Below the pieces are notes generated by a model. It had not been told where the DNA came from. It made no database searches and saw only the letters and a program-made list of their open reading frames with translations. A program made the translations under genes and the position numbers. 64,000 bases of DNA from Vicugna vicugna (lineage: Eukaryota), in contig MU058449.1 of assembly GCA_013265495.1 (NCBI GenBank), forward strand, positions 62,001-126,000, in the 5' to 3' direction. Shown one piece after another: positions 1 to 13,049 of the stretch. Position 1 is the first letter of the stretch. The number at the start of each line of letters is the position of its first letter.

Positions 1-285
1 AGGGTACAGCATTGTGATTCAGATATATATATATATTTATATATATATATATATATTATATATATATATTCCTTTTCTTTATAGTCCATTACAAGGTACT
101 AAATATAGTTCCCTACTATACAATAGGACCTTGCTATTTATCTGTTTTATATATAGTAGTTTTTATCTGCTAATCCAAACTCCCAATTTATCCTTTCCCA
201 CCCTCTTTCCCCCAACTAACCATAAGTTTGTTTTCCATGTTTTTGAGTCTTGTCTCTGTTTTGTATATAAGTTCATTTGTGCCCT
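1..285 (-). mobile_element. L1 LINE 3'UTR fragment (cetartiodactyl type) with internal (TA)n
   Basis: Antisense L1 3'UTR motifs 'aaatatagttccct...tacaataggacctt' and 'taaccataagtttgttttc'; homologous to the copies at 566-1160, 12441-12762 and 20560-20945. Confidence 0.8.
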
Positions 286-508
286 TTCACTCCTTTTCAA
301 TGTCCAGGGATCCTTGAAAGAAATGAGCAAGGGTACAGAGTCAGTACCTCTATGAAATGAGTATAATAATAATAATATGCATCTCTATGAAAATGAGATC
401 GCTGACATGTAAGTCGCTTAAAAAAGTATCTGGCTTGTAAAAAATGCACCATAAGGGCTAGCTACTGTTATAAATCCTATAGGACAATTATATCATGGAG
501 AAATAATA

Positions 509-563
<55 letters not shown>
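509..563. repeat. (TAT)n microsatellite, about 18 units
   Basis: Uninterrupted tattattat run. Confidence 0.95.
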
Positions 564-565
<2 letters not shown>

Positions 566-1160
566 AATTCCTAATTTATCAAATTATTATTATTTCCTAA
601 TTTATCCCTCCCTTCCCTTTCCCCTTTGGTAACCATACATTTGTTTTCTATGTCTGTGAGTCTCTTTCTGTTTTGTAAATAAGTTCATTTGTGTCAAACT
701 ATTTTAGATTCCACATATAAGTAACATCATATGGTATTTTTCTTTCTCAGAAATTTCTGGCTTACTTCACTTAGTATGACAATCTCCAGGTTCATCCATG
801 TTGTTGCAAATGGCATGATTTTATTCTTTTTATGGCCGAGTAGTATTCCATTATTCATATGTATACACCACAACTTCTTTATCCAGTCATCTGTCAGTGG
901 GCATTAAGGTTGTTTCCATGTCTTGCTATTGTACATAGTGCTGTTGTGAACATTGAGGTGCATGTATCATTTTGAATTAGAGTTATCTCTGGATATATGC
1001 CCAGGAGTGGGATTGCTGGATCATACGATGAGTCTATTTTCAGTTTTTTAAGGGACCTCCATAGTGGCTGCACCAATTTACATTCCCACCAACAGCGTAG
1101 GAGGGTTCCTTTTTCTGCACACTCTCTCCAGCATTTATTGTTTGTAGACTTTTTGATGAT
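566..1160 (-). mobile_element. 5'-truncated L1 (ORF2 C-terminus + 3'UTR)
   Basis: ORF 894..1181(-) reads [32 protein letters not shown]...[12 protein letters not shown], the L1 ORF2 cysteine-rich C-terminus; L1 3'UTR follows. Confidence 0.92.
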
Positions 1161-1271
1161 GTATATTTTGATTGCTTTCATTTAGAAGACAGAAGCAGAT
1201 TGTATTTAGGTGACAAAAACAGATTGGAGTAATTTTGATTTTCAAGTCTCATTATTTCTGAAATACAGATT

Positions 1272-2083
1272 GTAAGGTTATAGCTGCCATAGATAGTGAT
1301 TCCTCTGAGGATCTGGGCAAAGAAAATTGAAAAGAAAAAAAAAACTTCTGGAAAATAGTCATCATTCTAGATACCATAAAGAACATTCCTGATTCACTGG
1401 AAGAGGTCAAGGTGTCAACATTAACAGGAGTTTGAAAGAAATTTCAACCCTCATGCATGACTGAGGGGTTCAAAACTTCAGTGAAGAAGTCTAACTGCAG
1501 ATGTGGTGGAACGAGCAAGAGAACTAGGACCAGAAGTGGAGCCTGAAGATGTGACTGAGTTGCTGCAACCTCACGATAAAACTTCAGAGGATAAGGAACC
1601 GCTACTTACAGATGAGCAAAGAAGGTTTCTAGAGATAGAATCTACTCCTGGTGAAGATGCTGTAAGGGACGTTGAAGGATTTTGAATTTTATTAAAAAAC
1701 AGAAAAACAAAAAACTTGGTTGATAAAACAGTGGTCAGGTTTGACAGGACTGATTCCCACTTTGAAATAAGTTCTCCTGTGGATAAAATGCTATCAAACA
1801 GCACTGCAGCCTAAGGAGAAATGCTTCATGAAAGGAAGGGTCAGTTGATGCAGTAAACTTCATTGTGCCTGTCTTTAAGTAATTGCCACAGCCACCCCAG
1901 CCTTGAGCAACCACCATAGTTTTTGAGACATATTTCTGTTGTGCACTTAATAGACTACAGTATAGTGTAAACATAACTTTTATAGACACTGATAAACCAA
2001 AAAGCAAAAAATAGTGTGACTTGCTTTACTGTGATAATTGCTTTATTGCAGTGGTCTGGAACCTAACCCACAAAACATGCCTG
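1272..2083 (+). mobile_element. Tigger1-family (TcMar) DNA transposon, 3' part
   Basis: 'tatagctgccatagatagtgattcctctg' and 'gaagtggagcctgaagatgtgactga' (ARELGPEVEPEDVTELLQPHDKT, transposase C-terminus); ends 'gtggtctggaacc...atgcctg' followed by TA. Confidence 0.88.
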
Positions 2084-3329
2084 TATATTACTATATATAT
2101 ATACATATACCTACATACATATTATATCATATTTATTTTATTGTATTGTATTAATTTATCAGATTCAGATTAAAATCAGTCACCTTTCTATTTAATTAGC
2201 AGATAAAATGTATTAAAAGAAAAATAACTGATGAGAAACAAAATCCAGATATAGCCTGATGAAGTAAAAAATTATCTCTTTTTGGATGATATAAACATAA
2301 GGGTCACAGAAATACATGTAGACTTGTATTAATTCATTCAATAAAGAATTTATTTGCCAAATATTTATTGAATCACTGGTATATTCCAGAGACTGTGGGG
2401 GTACCTAGTGAAGAAAAGACACAGTCTGTGCCTTACTGAGCTTAGAATGTACTAGTCAAGAGAAACTTAAAAAAAAAATAAGACAGTGCAAAGATAATTA
2501 CTTCATTACAATTGTGACGTGTGGCATGAGACAAGCAACAAGAAACAAAAAGTGCAACTAGTCTTCATAGCCGCTTCAGGCTACTGTGAGGGAGACAGGG
2601 ACACAGATCCAGGCCCTTACAAATCCAAAGAAAACAGGTGCTCGGGACATTTCCCCCTCCTGTGTTATCCCGCTAACACTCGGTCTGCAACGTCTACATC
2701 AGGTTGGCTTCTGAAACCTCACATTTCAAATTCTTCAGCCAACTAAGGATACTGCGCATTAGCAGACTTTCCTTTTTGCTTTCCGCTTCATCTTCTTAAT
2801 AGCTATGCACAGTACATTTCTCCGGTAAGGTCTCAGCGGAGGAATTAGTGTGATTGCCCAAAGTCAGCGTCCCTCAAGAACCTTACAGGTTCCTGATTTA
2901 CAAATGTCTTCCCTCCAGGCTTATTCTCAACGTGTATTCTCAGTTATAGAGCTTCGCTCTTAGTACCTAGTTTGCTTCCAATTGTCCCAAGGTTTAAACA
3001 GGCTTTTGGTGTAAAGATAAATATATGTGTGGATACATAATTGTACATATATACATAATTATGTATATATTTATAACAGAAGGAAGTGTTAACTGCATTA
3101 TTCTTAACATTTTATAAGCAATACAGATAAGGTAAGAATTCCTTTTGTTCCTCTCTTCACTGTCACAGATTCCCTCAAAAGAGTTATTATTGTTATCAAT
3201 TTAGGGGGTGTTTTTACAGATACAAACAAATTGATACAAACAAAAATATGTGATTAAATTGTTATACAACAATTATGTGTATATATATAAATATATATAA
3301 ATGCTATATCTTGCTTAAGCCCATCAATC

Positions 3330-3690
3330 TGGGTCTTCTTTTTTTCTGCAAAGTATTCCACAGTACGGACAGATTCTAACCCATTTAACTGTTTACCTGT
3401 TGACTGCCAGTTAGTTTTCTTTTTTTAATCTTATTTCAAGCATTGCTGGAGTGAAAATTCTTATTCAAGACCATGCGTCCATGAAGAAGCATAAGAGTAT
3501 GAATCTAGGGCGGCGCTAAGAACTGGAATTTCTGGGTTAAAGAGCATGTGCTACGTGAGTTGACACATACACCAAAATCGGTGATAAAATACTGAACAGC
3601 ACTAATTTAGATTACAATGTGTAGTGTATGAAAATGCACGTCCTCTACACATTCAGCAACATGCAGCTTTATCAAGCTTTCCAACTTTGA
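3330..3690 (-). mobile_element. Old, diverged L1 (L1M) fragment
   Basis: Degenerate antisense ORF2-end motifs ('ggaatttctgggttaaagagcatg', 'gtgtatgaaaatgcac...cacattcagcaac'). Confidence 0.5.
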
Positions 3691-3694
3691 GGGT

Positions 3695-4360
3695 GATGAG
3701 TGCTCCCTTCTTCCCTGGGGCGGAGGGGGATCCTCTAGGAGAGCAGGATGAAGAGAATGTCCGCGCCCATGGCCAGCATGAGGCCCAGCTCGCAGAGTCA
3801 GAGCGGGCCAGGCGGATCATGTCCTGGTGAAGGCAGCAAGCATGGGGCAGTGCCCCAGGGTGACAGTAGTGAAATCTCAGGAGGTGCAGTGATGGTGCCA
3901 CCGTGATGGCGGCACTCTGAGTGCCCAGCATGACCCAGGCCAATGCCACATGAGGACCCGTGAGCACAGCCGCATAGCGCAGTGGGAATCGGATGGCCAC
4001 CAGGCAGTCCAGAGCCATAGCAAAGAGCACGGCTGACTCCACGAAGGAGGAGTAGTGCGGGAGTGCTGCTGCAGAACGCAGGGCGCTGAGCCCCAGCGCA
4101 CCCAGCACTGGGGGCGGCTTGCACCGGCGCAGGCCCAAGTCCTTCACAGCCAGGATGGCCAGGAAGTAGTACATGGGCTGGTGGAGGGAAGGGTCAGTTC
4201 GTACCAGGTGCCAGATGGTGGCACTCCCCAGCAGTGCCACCAAGTGTCCTACAAAGGTGGGCAGTGAGATCCAGTGATGAGCCCGCTGCAGACCTGGGAA
4301 GCCTGCCAGCAGGAACACAGAGAAACTCCAGTTGGCACTTGCTAGGGTGAACATCTCCAT
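3695..4360 (-). pseudogene. Olfactory receptor family 51 pseudogene, 3'-truncated
   Basis: FLLAGFPGL, LHQPMYYFLAILA, ESAVLFAMALDCLVAIRFPLRY, HACCLHQDMIRLA. Deletion across TM3; frameshift after DMIRLARSD; TM5 (LMLAMGADILFILLS*) continues in another frame with a TAG; TM6-7 absent. Confidence 0.93.
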
Positions 4361-5380
4361 TCTCCAGAGGCTGCTTCGCTCTGTGAAAGGCGGTGGCGGG
4401 TGTGTTGAGGGTTACTAGGCCAGTAAGCACGAGATGCCCTGCTGTCTTAGGGTGGCAGTCCCCAGCTGGCCGGCCTGGGCTCTCTGCACGCTCGGGGACT
4501 CAGTGACCTATCAGTTAACCCCTGTCTTCATAAGCAGTCTGTCCTTTTCCTGCTTTCTCCCTCTTTCTCTTATTCCCACCGAGTCTTTTACTTACCTCTG
4601 TGACATTAAACATCAACAAGGGTTTTCTCTGCTCTTCTTTTGGACCAGCTAGTGAAAGGCAGTTTTTTTTTTTAAAACTTCTCTTAGAAAAATCTATATA
4701 GCTCAACCTTCACAGAATGCTCAGATGCTCAGAAATGTTGTTACTCCCAAATTGCCTTCTCTATTTGGCCTTACCCCTTCAAGCTTTTTCTGTAGAAGAA
4801 TTTATCTCTAATTTTTCTAAGCAAAATGAGGATGCCTGTAGAGAGCTTCCTCATGCAATTTGCTCTTTACTTTATCTCCTTATTGTCATTCTGTGACCCT
4901 TTCCACATGTCTGTATGATTGGGAGAAGTTGTATCTTGCTTCTCTCTAAGCTCAACCCCTTTCAAAGAACCCAGAACTCACTAGTGAGTATCTCATGCCT
5001 TAAGCATCTTCTCAAGTCCTCTGGGAACCTCGTTCTTCCTCTCACTGAGTCACACTAATTCATCCTGTAGAGTCTTCATTGTTAAAAGCTGTTACCTTTA
5101 CTCTAAGTCCTGAAATTTCTTTTTTTTTTTTAACAAATCTAATTTAAGAGTGGACTGATGTGCCTGCTCCCTTAGTTTTTTGTTTCTGTTTCTGTTTCTG
5201 TTTCTGTTTTGGTCTCTGTGTTTTCAAAGATATCTCTCCTTAAAAACCAAGCTGGATGTCTGACACAACTTACAAAATTTTAATAAATCAGGTAAACTTA
5301 TTAGAGCAATGTTTCCTAAATAGGTATTGCGAAAAGCAACTATCAGAATGTGTACCTTGAAACAGAAGCAACAAAGACAA

Positions 5381-5552
5381 GGGGACGGTATAGCTCAAGT
5401 GGTAGAGCACATGCTTAGCATGCATGAGGTCTTGGATTCAATCCCCAGTACCTCCATCAAAAAACTAAGTAAGTAAGTAAAATTAATTACTTCCCCCTGC
5501 AAAAAAAAAAAAAAAAAAAAAAAAGAGTTTAAAAACAAAATGTTAAAAAAAA
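5381..5552 (+). mobile_element. tRNA-Ala-derived SINE (camelid vic-1 type)
   Basis: GGGG start, A box (tagctcaagtgg), B box (gattcaatcc), A-rich tail; 15-bp TSD aagcaacaaagacaa at 5366-5380 and 5553-5567. Confidence 0.9.
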
Positions 5553-6176
5553 AAGCAACAAAGACAAAGCCTGTTCCTTGCTCAAATCAGTTTATTAAAT
5601 ACTAAAATGCAGGGGTACCTGGCGAGAGGCTCACAAGACAAGCCCTGCTATGCCGGATCTCAGTGTCTGATATAATATTTGCTTCTGTATTCTCACCAGT
5701 AAAATAATGGTAATGATGCCTTCTAATCAAAGAATGAATGTGTTTTAATTGGCACACTGTGTGCCAGGTCTGGAATGTAATAAACAATAAATGTTACTGC
5801 TCCCAAACCAAACACTGATTTTCTTGTAATTTTTTTCCCATTGTCTGTACTGTCTCTTATTATACAGAAATAAACTCCGATCTCCTCTTTAAAATGAGAG
5901 TATTGGATCTCAGCATAAGGTGCCATATGCCTTTGAAAAACTGAGGATCTACTGAGGGAGGAATTCAGGGACAGTGATAAAAGGGGATCCTGAGGAAGAG
6001 ATCACAGCTTACACTGAAAGACAGAAGGCAAGGCTGAGGGACAGACTGAAGGATAAGGCTGAGCAACAGAAGAAGGTATAGAGAGGGTCAGATGGGGGAG
6101 AATGAGAGACAGTAAAATGGTGGACTTAATAAAAACATGCTGAGAGGCAAAGATGGAGATAACCATGGTTCAAGAA

Positions 6177-6844
6177 TGCTGGGAAACAAGCTGCTCAAAA
6201 ACAAGCCGCTGGAAAACGAACAGCTGGAAAACAAGCCACTCCTGAATTTCCATGAGCTTAAACTATTATATTCACACTTGCTTGCTTAACATGCACATGC
6301 TTGCTTTGTTTTAATGTGTTATGCAGTAGATGACCTATGGTACATACTATGCTAAAGAAAACTTGGTGTGAGCAATCCTGAGATTGACCATAAGCGCATG
6401 AAGGAGGGCAGATACTTCCTTAGGATGAAACAATGGATGGTCCTGGAAAACCAGATCATCCATTAACAGAATTTTGTTCTGGCATGAAAGCATGCGGTTA
6501 AGCCCAGGGGACATATTTGCTATCTCAAGATGTCCCGGAGGCAACAATAGGATAGATTTAGAAATTTTGCATACCCCGAGGAGGGTGATTGTTCCTGGAA
6601 GGGATGGGCCTGAAATTACTCAGTTAAACAGCAAGCAGAACTTGGTGCTTATCGCGTGGGATATCTAAAGCCCCACCTCTTTGATCGCATTTTTTTCTGA
6701 GCTGTATACTCCTAATAAATATGATGTCGACCAGGCTTTCGGGACTCTGGACCCATGAGATCTTGAGTCCCCTAGTCCCATCTTTGGTCTTTACTCTTTC
6801 TCTTTGTTTCTTAACTCTTGCGTCACCTGTCCTCAGACGCAGCA
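6177..6844 (+). mobile_element. Solo LTR, ERV2/betaretrovirus-like (6-bp TSD)
   Basis: Starts TGCTG, ends CAGCA; perfect 6-bp TSD caagaa (6171-6176, 6845-6850); AATAAA at 6714-6719; short U3 repeats (gctggaaaac). Confidence 0.88.
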
Positions 6845-7461
6845 CAAGAAGCAGGGGAGGCGGGAAGACCATACAGTGAAAGAAGAAAGGGGTGATGAAA
6901 GCTTCTATGAAAGATTGCAAGTGTCATGGAGAAAGGGGGTTGTGTAACTTAGCTGAAGCAATGGGGGAGCAGAAAATAAGGGGGGATGCGAGGCAGAAAG
7001 GGATGGGGTGAAGGGCCTGGAGAATGGGGAAGCTAAGGTCAGAGGGAAGGACTTTGCTGAAAGACTGAGAGGAGGGAGGAGGATGACAGAAAGACAGAGA
7101 GAAAACTAGGGGGTAAAAACACGGGCTGAGGAACTGTGAAGGGGAAAGCCAAGCGATACATTGGCAGGAAGCTCAGGGACTCAGAGTGGATGTCGAGAGG
7201 CAGAGGGAGAAACAGAGAAAGAGGTGGAGAGGTGGAGTGGGGAGTCAGGTAAAAGAGGGGAGCCTGAGGAGAGGAATCTCTTGTTAGACAACAGGAAAGA
7301 AAGGGCAGGTCTAGGCAGCAGGGAGGATGGGAAGTGGAGGAGGAGGCGGTCAGACACCAGGGGACTGATGCGGGGAAGCATTAGGAACAGGGAGAGGATG
7401 GGGAGCTGGGTCTCTCACAGCCCTTTGTTCAGGCTTCTCAACTCTAGACAGGGTTTCATTA

Positions 7462-7625
7462 GGCAGCACGGTGGTGGAGGACGTAGCTCTCGACCCGAGA
7501 ATCAGATCTGCACTCCAAGCACAGCTTCAGCATTGACGAGCTCGGTGACTGTGCAAGCCGCTTGCTTAGTCTCAGTTTCCTCGTCTGGAAAACTGGGACG
7601 ACGACACTATCGTTAGGTTATAGAG
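7462..7625 (+). mobile_element. MIR SINE fragment
   Basis: Core 'gtgactgtgcaagcc...tctcagtttcctcgtctggaaaactggga'. Confidence 0.7.
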
Positions 7626-10144
7626 CTGTTTATCTGTGGTTCTAAATGTGGCGCCGTTAGAACCACATGTAGATGATGATTATTTGCAGTTGTCAGTGCT
7701 GCCTTCTTATTGAAAATTCTCCACAACCATGATCCACCATATGACGGCTACAGGTCCTCCCTCCACACCTTCAGTGGACATAAGTCAGTGATAGGACAAC
7801 TGCGAGGAGTGAGAGGCTCAAGGTTGGGACTTGCAGCTTGTAAGTGGTTTTTGGATGCACCAGCTACATCACTTTGGTGAAGGGAACAAATCCCTCTGCA
7901 CATTAGCTTCTTTCTGTGATGGAAGGTTTTCCCCTATTGCCTGCCTCCTCTCCAGGGAAACTACTGGGCTTAATAGGAGTGTGGAAAAAAGTGCTCTGAA
8001 GTGTTAGAAGTCACATCAACTGGGGGAGGAGGGACAGTTGTTGAGATTATGATCCCTTGCCAGCCACAATACTGTATCACTCCACTCCCAAATCCAGCCT
8101 AGACACACATTCTGGTCTCTCTTTCCAACCAAAATGATCATGGAGAGATACCATGGAGCAGCAGCTCTAACCACAGACCCACCATCATCCTGGGATGATG
8201 GGTTATCATCCCATAATCCTACTTAGAGACCTGCTAGATAAAGGATGTCAGGGAGGTCACTGGACTGGCTGCCTGTATCCACAAATCAAGGGGCTTTCAG
8301 CAACTTACTGGTCCCTTGCTGTCTGTAGCTTCTTTCCCAGCCTCTGAGGTCTTCTCCCTCCTCACTCACACCTTTCCTATCCTCTTCTAATTGACTCAGG
8401 ACTACTCTCTGCATCTGCTGCACTTGTAACTATAAGACTATCTGTTTTTCTCCCTTGGGTCTTGGGCCCCCAGAGGAAACTCCTTAAATGGATGCAGACC
8501 TGACAAATACCAAAAAGGGATCAGCATTCTCCTGGAACAGTCTGCAGGCACCTGAGTTATCTACCATGGAAACTTAGTGATCTTAAGTAGCAACATGAAA
8601 TATTCCAGCAGACATGATGTTCCTTCATTCTCTTCTCCCACTAGCTGCTAGAGTTACCAAAAATGTATTGGGTGACCCTCAGTCCTGTTTTCTGTCATGC
8701 TCTTTTCTCTAGTCTAGCCTCCCTTTGAGACTGTTCTTCCTACCAGGTAGTTATTCACACTCATTCATTCAGTGAGTATATAGGGACTGTAAGCTTTCGG
8801 CCATATACATGGATGCAAAGATTAGTAAGACAGAATATCTGCTCCTGAGAAATTCATCCGTCTTTTGCAGGATATAGATACGAGAAGGCCAAACTGCCTG
8901 AGAGAGTAAAAAGAGATTCACAGGAGATACAAGGATTTAACAGATATTCTTTACTAAAAGCTGCTCTCTCACTAGATTCAACATTCCAGAAAGAAAAGGA
9001 AACATACAGAATTTATTCATTGAATATCTGTTACATGGCAGTAATTGTATTTTGGAGATTTACTGGTGAGCAACACATTCATAACTCCTACAAGGAGATA
9101 AACTTAGTCATGTATTCTGAGAGACAAAAAAGTAAACAACAAAGAAAAAAGATCTAAAACACAGAAGACTCCATTACTATGTGATAAATGTTACAACAGG
9201 AAATGCAGGATTCTGAGGGAGCAGACAGATGGAGCATCTGCTCTGGTTTGGAGAGAGAGTCTGCCATGAAAATGTCTGAGACTCCAAGATAAATTTCACA
9301 TAGTTAATGGCAGAGGCAAGCTTCTCTGCCAATTTCAGGTTCACAGCCTTCTGAGCAATGGGATCGTGACTTAGACATGTTTGTGGTTGTTCCCTTCATT
9401 GAAGCTTTGTCACATTGCAGGTCATTGTGCAAGATCTCACAACTAGGGTGCCTAGAAGCAAACACTGACTTCATTTATCTTCAGCAAATCCACAGGAAAG
9501 GAAAATGAGAGGTGAGAAGTGTCAGGAGAGGGGTCAAGAGTGTCTACTAGATGAACAGAGCCTGAAGAGAGCACAAGATGAGAAGGATGTGGGGGAGTTC
9601 TACCTGAATCAGTCATAAGAGAAGAGTGAAGAAGTTCTGGTTCTTCAAATGTGACACAAGAGTCTAAAGGATATGGTTTACTTAGGATAGAAACCTAAGA
9701 GAAGGACTTTACCAGGCAGGGAAGAGGGAGGCAGTCCCAAGGAGCCATGGAGGGAAGAGGTACATTTCCTGAGGTGAATTTTGAACAACAAACATTGATC
9801 TATTCTCTGCTAGGTTCTGCTCTATGTGCTTTTTACTTATTTCTCCTTTAAAATTTTTGCATAGTTTGATTTTAGTTTTATTTTATGCACATTGATAAGA
9901 CTCTTCCTCTGGGCAGTTTTTGATGCTACCAAAATATCTAGGTCTCATATATAGGAGAAGGCATAGTAATTTAAGCAAGAAAAGGTTAGCATTCATAACC
10001 CAAACTCAAGAAAGAAATTCATCCATATTTTATTTAGGGCAGTGAAAAAAAAAAACTTGGGAAAAATAGTGTGTGATAATAGGTACAAAATGCAGTAAAT
10101 CTTTGGCCTGATTTGGGACCTTCTTCTGGGTACCAGTGAAATTT

Positions 10145-11104
10145 TTAGCTCCAGGATTCAGCACCCGCCTTTCTAAGACCCAGGAGATTGCTGATGGCAT
10201 GAAGGATCTCCTTGGTCTTAATACTGTATATGATTGGATTAAGCATGGGAGGCACAAAGAGGTAGACATTGGCCATAAGAAGGTGGACAGCAGGTGGAGC
10301 ATGCTTCCCAAAGCGATGAACCAGGGACAGCCCCAGCATGGGCACAAAAAACACCAGCACAGCACAGAGGTGTGAGGTACATGTTTGGAAGGCTCGGAGC
10401 CGCTCCTCCTTGGAGGCCAGTCTTGCCACTGTGTGCAAGATGACCCCATAGGACAGTGCAATGAGCGCCAGGTCCAGCATCACAGTGAACACCACCAGGG
10501 TCAGCCCATACAGGTTGTTGAAGGTGGTGTCTGTGCAGGCCAAGTGCATGACCTCTTGGTGCAGGCAGAAAGAATGGGAGAGGACTCGAGACGCACAGTA
10601 AGGAAAAGTCCTCAGGAAGAGAACAATGGGAACAAGGGCTACAGGTCCCCGAAGGATGACAACCAGGCCTGCCCTGACCACTCGCTGGCTGGTGATAATG
10701 ACCGAGTACCTCAAGGGGTGGCAGATGGCCACAAAGCGGTCAAAGGACATGACAAGGAGTACTGAGGACTCCATGAAGGAAAATGAGTGGATGCAGAACA
10801 TCTGGATTTGGCAGGCTCCAAAGTAGATATCACGCGAGTTGAACCAAAAGATTCCCATAGTGGTGGGCAAGGTGGACACTGACAGGCCCAGGTCAGTGAA
10901 GGCCAGAAAGGAGAGGAGATAGTACATGGGTGTGTGCAGACGAGGGCTGGTCTTAATAATTATCAGGATGAAGCAGTTGCCAGAGATGGCCACGAGGTAC
11001 ATGAGGAAGAAGAAGATGAAAATCCATTGCTCGATGGTTTCCAACCCTGGAAAGCCAGTGAGGTGGAGCACCGGGCTAAACTGAGTGATGTTGGACAAGT
11101 GCAT
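10145..11104 (-). CDS. OR51M1: Olfactory receptor 51M1, 319 aa, intact
   Basis: First ATG at 11104 ([11 protein letters not shown]); the ORF-track start at 11197 is a GTG upstream of a likely acceptor (tattttcag|, exon from 11143). Motifs [40 protein letters not shown]. Closely matches recalled human OR51M1. Confidence 0.95.
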   Translation of the reverse strand: MHLSNITQFSPVLHLTGFPGLETIEQWIFIFFFLMYLVAISGNCFILIIIKTSPRLHTPMYYLLSFLAFTDLGLSVSTLPTTMGIFWFNSRDIYFGACQIQMFCIHSFSFMESSVLLVMSFDRFVAICHPLRYSVIITSQRVVRAGLVVILRGPVALVPIVLFLRTFPYCASRVLSHSFCLHQEVMHLACTDTTFNNLYGLTLVVFTVMLDLALIALSYGVILHTVARLASKEERLRAFQTCTSHLCAVLVFFVPMLGLSLVHRFGKHAPPAVHLLMANVYLFVPPMLNPIIYSIKTKEILHAISNLLGLRKAGAESWS

Positions 11105-12440
11105 CCTAGGGGGATGCTGGGCTGACGTTCTTCTGGGGCTGAGCTGAAAATAAATGATTGTTCTGGTTATTAATTCTTTGGCTTCAAGAATAGTCACACC
11201 GTCATTATCAGAATCATGCTCATTGTCATCTTTGGTATCTACTTCCTACTGTCAACTCCACCGTCCTCCTACCTGATGGAAACTTTCTTTAAAGTACCAG
11301 GCTCACTAGGTTTTCTCTCGATTTCTATTCCTTCTCTGTCTCCTTTGAGACTTCTTTTTCTTACTCAACACTTAAATACAACCATTCTTTTTCTTGGCAG
11401 TTTTCTGTCCATACTTTATTTTTCCTCCTTAGAGAACATTGACACTCTCATGAATTTATTTACTAACTTTATGTTGATAAATATAAAATACATAACTCTA
11501 TAATTCTCTTCTTTTTGATTTGCAGACTCACATATCTAACACATATCTAACACCAGGTTGATCTAGTGTTACCTAGTTTTTTCAAAATTTTAATTTATAA
11601 TGACTTCCCCTAACAGGGCTTTCATTCAGTTGTTTTCACTAACTCAGGAGTAGAAATGTGGACTTCAGAAATAAGTTGAATATGAGATATATGTTTGAGA
11701 GATATAGGCTGGATGAGGAAACTTAAAAAGTGAGGGTAGAGGTAAGTTTCTAGTATTGAGCTTTGGGAACATCTGAATTGTAGAGTTGGAAAAGAGAAGG
11801 TTTCACTAAAAGAGACAGAGGGGGAAAAATGCCAGTTAGAGGAAAACCAGGTAACTGTGGTCTTGTATCAGTTTCAAGAGGGATAAATCAATATGTAACG
11901 TTGCTAAATGGACAACGTAATAAGACCTGGAAGTGACCAAGGATTTAGCAACATGGAAGTTACAGCTGATCTTGAGAAAGCAGTTTCAGCGAGGTAGTGG
12001 GGAATAAAACCATCCCTGCCCCCCACCCCCCCAGAAAGACCATGACCATGTCAGTATTTCTGTTTCCCTCTGCTGTGGCCGTGGCTGCTTTTGGGTCAGA
12101 ACAGTGACAGGTCCCAGCCGTTTTCCACAGGACCACTTGAGTGGGCAGCCAAGCAGTATCAATAAAGCAGTTCTTAGGAGGGAAAAAAGTGTGTTCATGA
12201 GCCAGAGAACAAGTGGACAAGAACAATGTAGTAGGTTTCCAGGGAGTGATGGTGGCCCATCTGAGGTTCAGAAATTCCAAGTGGAACTAGTCAGTGCTTA
12301 AGTGTGTTTTTAATCACTGTATTTACCTGTTTGAAATCAGAAAATGACTATACAGAGATTTGAATTGAACCAGGTTAAAGTTAGGATAGGCTAGAATGAC
12401 TTAAGGTAAGGGTCTATGCAGTATGGGTCAGGGTAATCTT

Positions 12441-12762
12441 CAAAAATGATGCAAATTCTATTTACAGTCCAACAACAGACTCACGGACATAGGAAACTAT
12501 GGTTATCGAAAGGGAAAGGGGTGGAGGGGGAAGGATAAATTAGGGGTTGGATACTAACAGACAAACGTCACTATATATAAAATAAACAAGGACCGACTGT
12601 ATAGAGCAAAAGGAACTATATTCAATTCCTGGTGATAACATATAATGGAAAAGAATCTGAAAAGATAAAAATACGTATATATGTATATGTATAATTGAAT
12701 CATTTTCCTGTATACCTGAAATTAACATTGTAAATCAGCTACACTTCAATAATTTTTTTTTT
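12441..12762 (+). mobile_element. L1 3'UTR fragment
   Basis: 'acagactcacggacatag...ggataaattagg...ggaactatattcaa...ttgtaaatcagctacacttcaataa'. Confidence 0.85.
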
Positions 12763-13049
12763 AATATGACTCAGGCTATATGGCTGGACAAGGAGGCACA
12801 GCAGTGATAAGCATGCTGTCATGCCCTGAGAAGAACTGTCGGGGGAGGTGGCAAGAAGGAAAATGTTTAGGAATGAAGACCAGGGCCAGCCCCTCATCAC
12901 TCTGACAAAGAGGTGAAAGAACCTATCACACTTTTCCTCTCAGTGTCCTTTTTCCTCAATTCACTACTCACCTACCGCCAAATGACTGTTTTTGTTTTGT
13001 TTTGTTGTTTCCTTTTAACCCTCCTGGCTAGAGCAATGCTCTTTAAATT

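Noticed and set aside
5381..5455. tRNA-Ala gene
   Set aside because: It has a TSD, a non-tRNA 3' segment and an A tail, and two related copies occur in the window; it is a SINE.
6900..7616. 151-aa ORF 7161..7616 in a purine-rich tract
   Set aside because: TTG start, low-complexity GA-rich sequence, and it runs into a MIR.
10030..11125. Overlapping and antisense ORFs on OR51M1 (likewise 32162-32551, 38579-39034, 53521-54480)
   Set aside because: Shadow frames of OR coding sequence.
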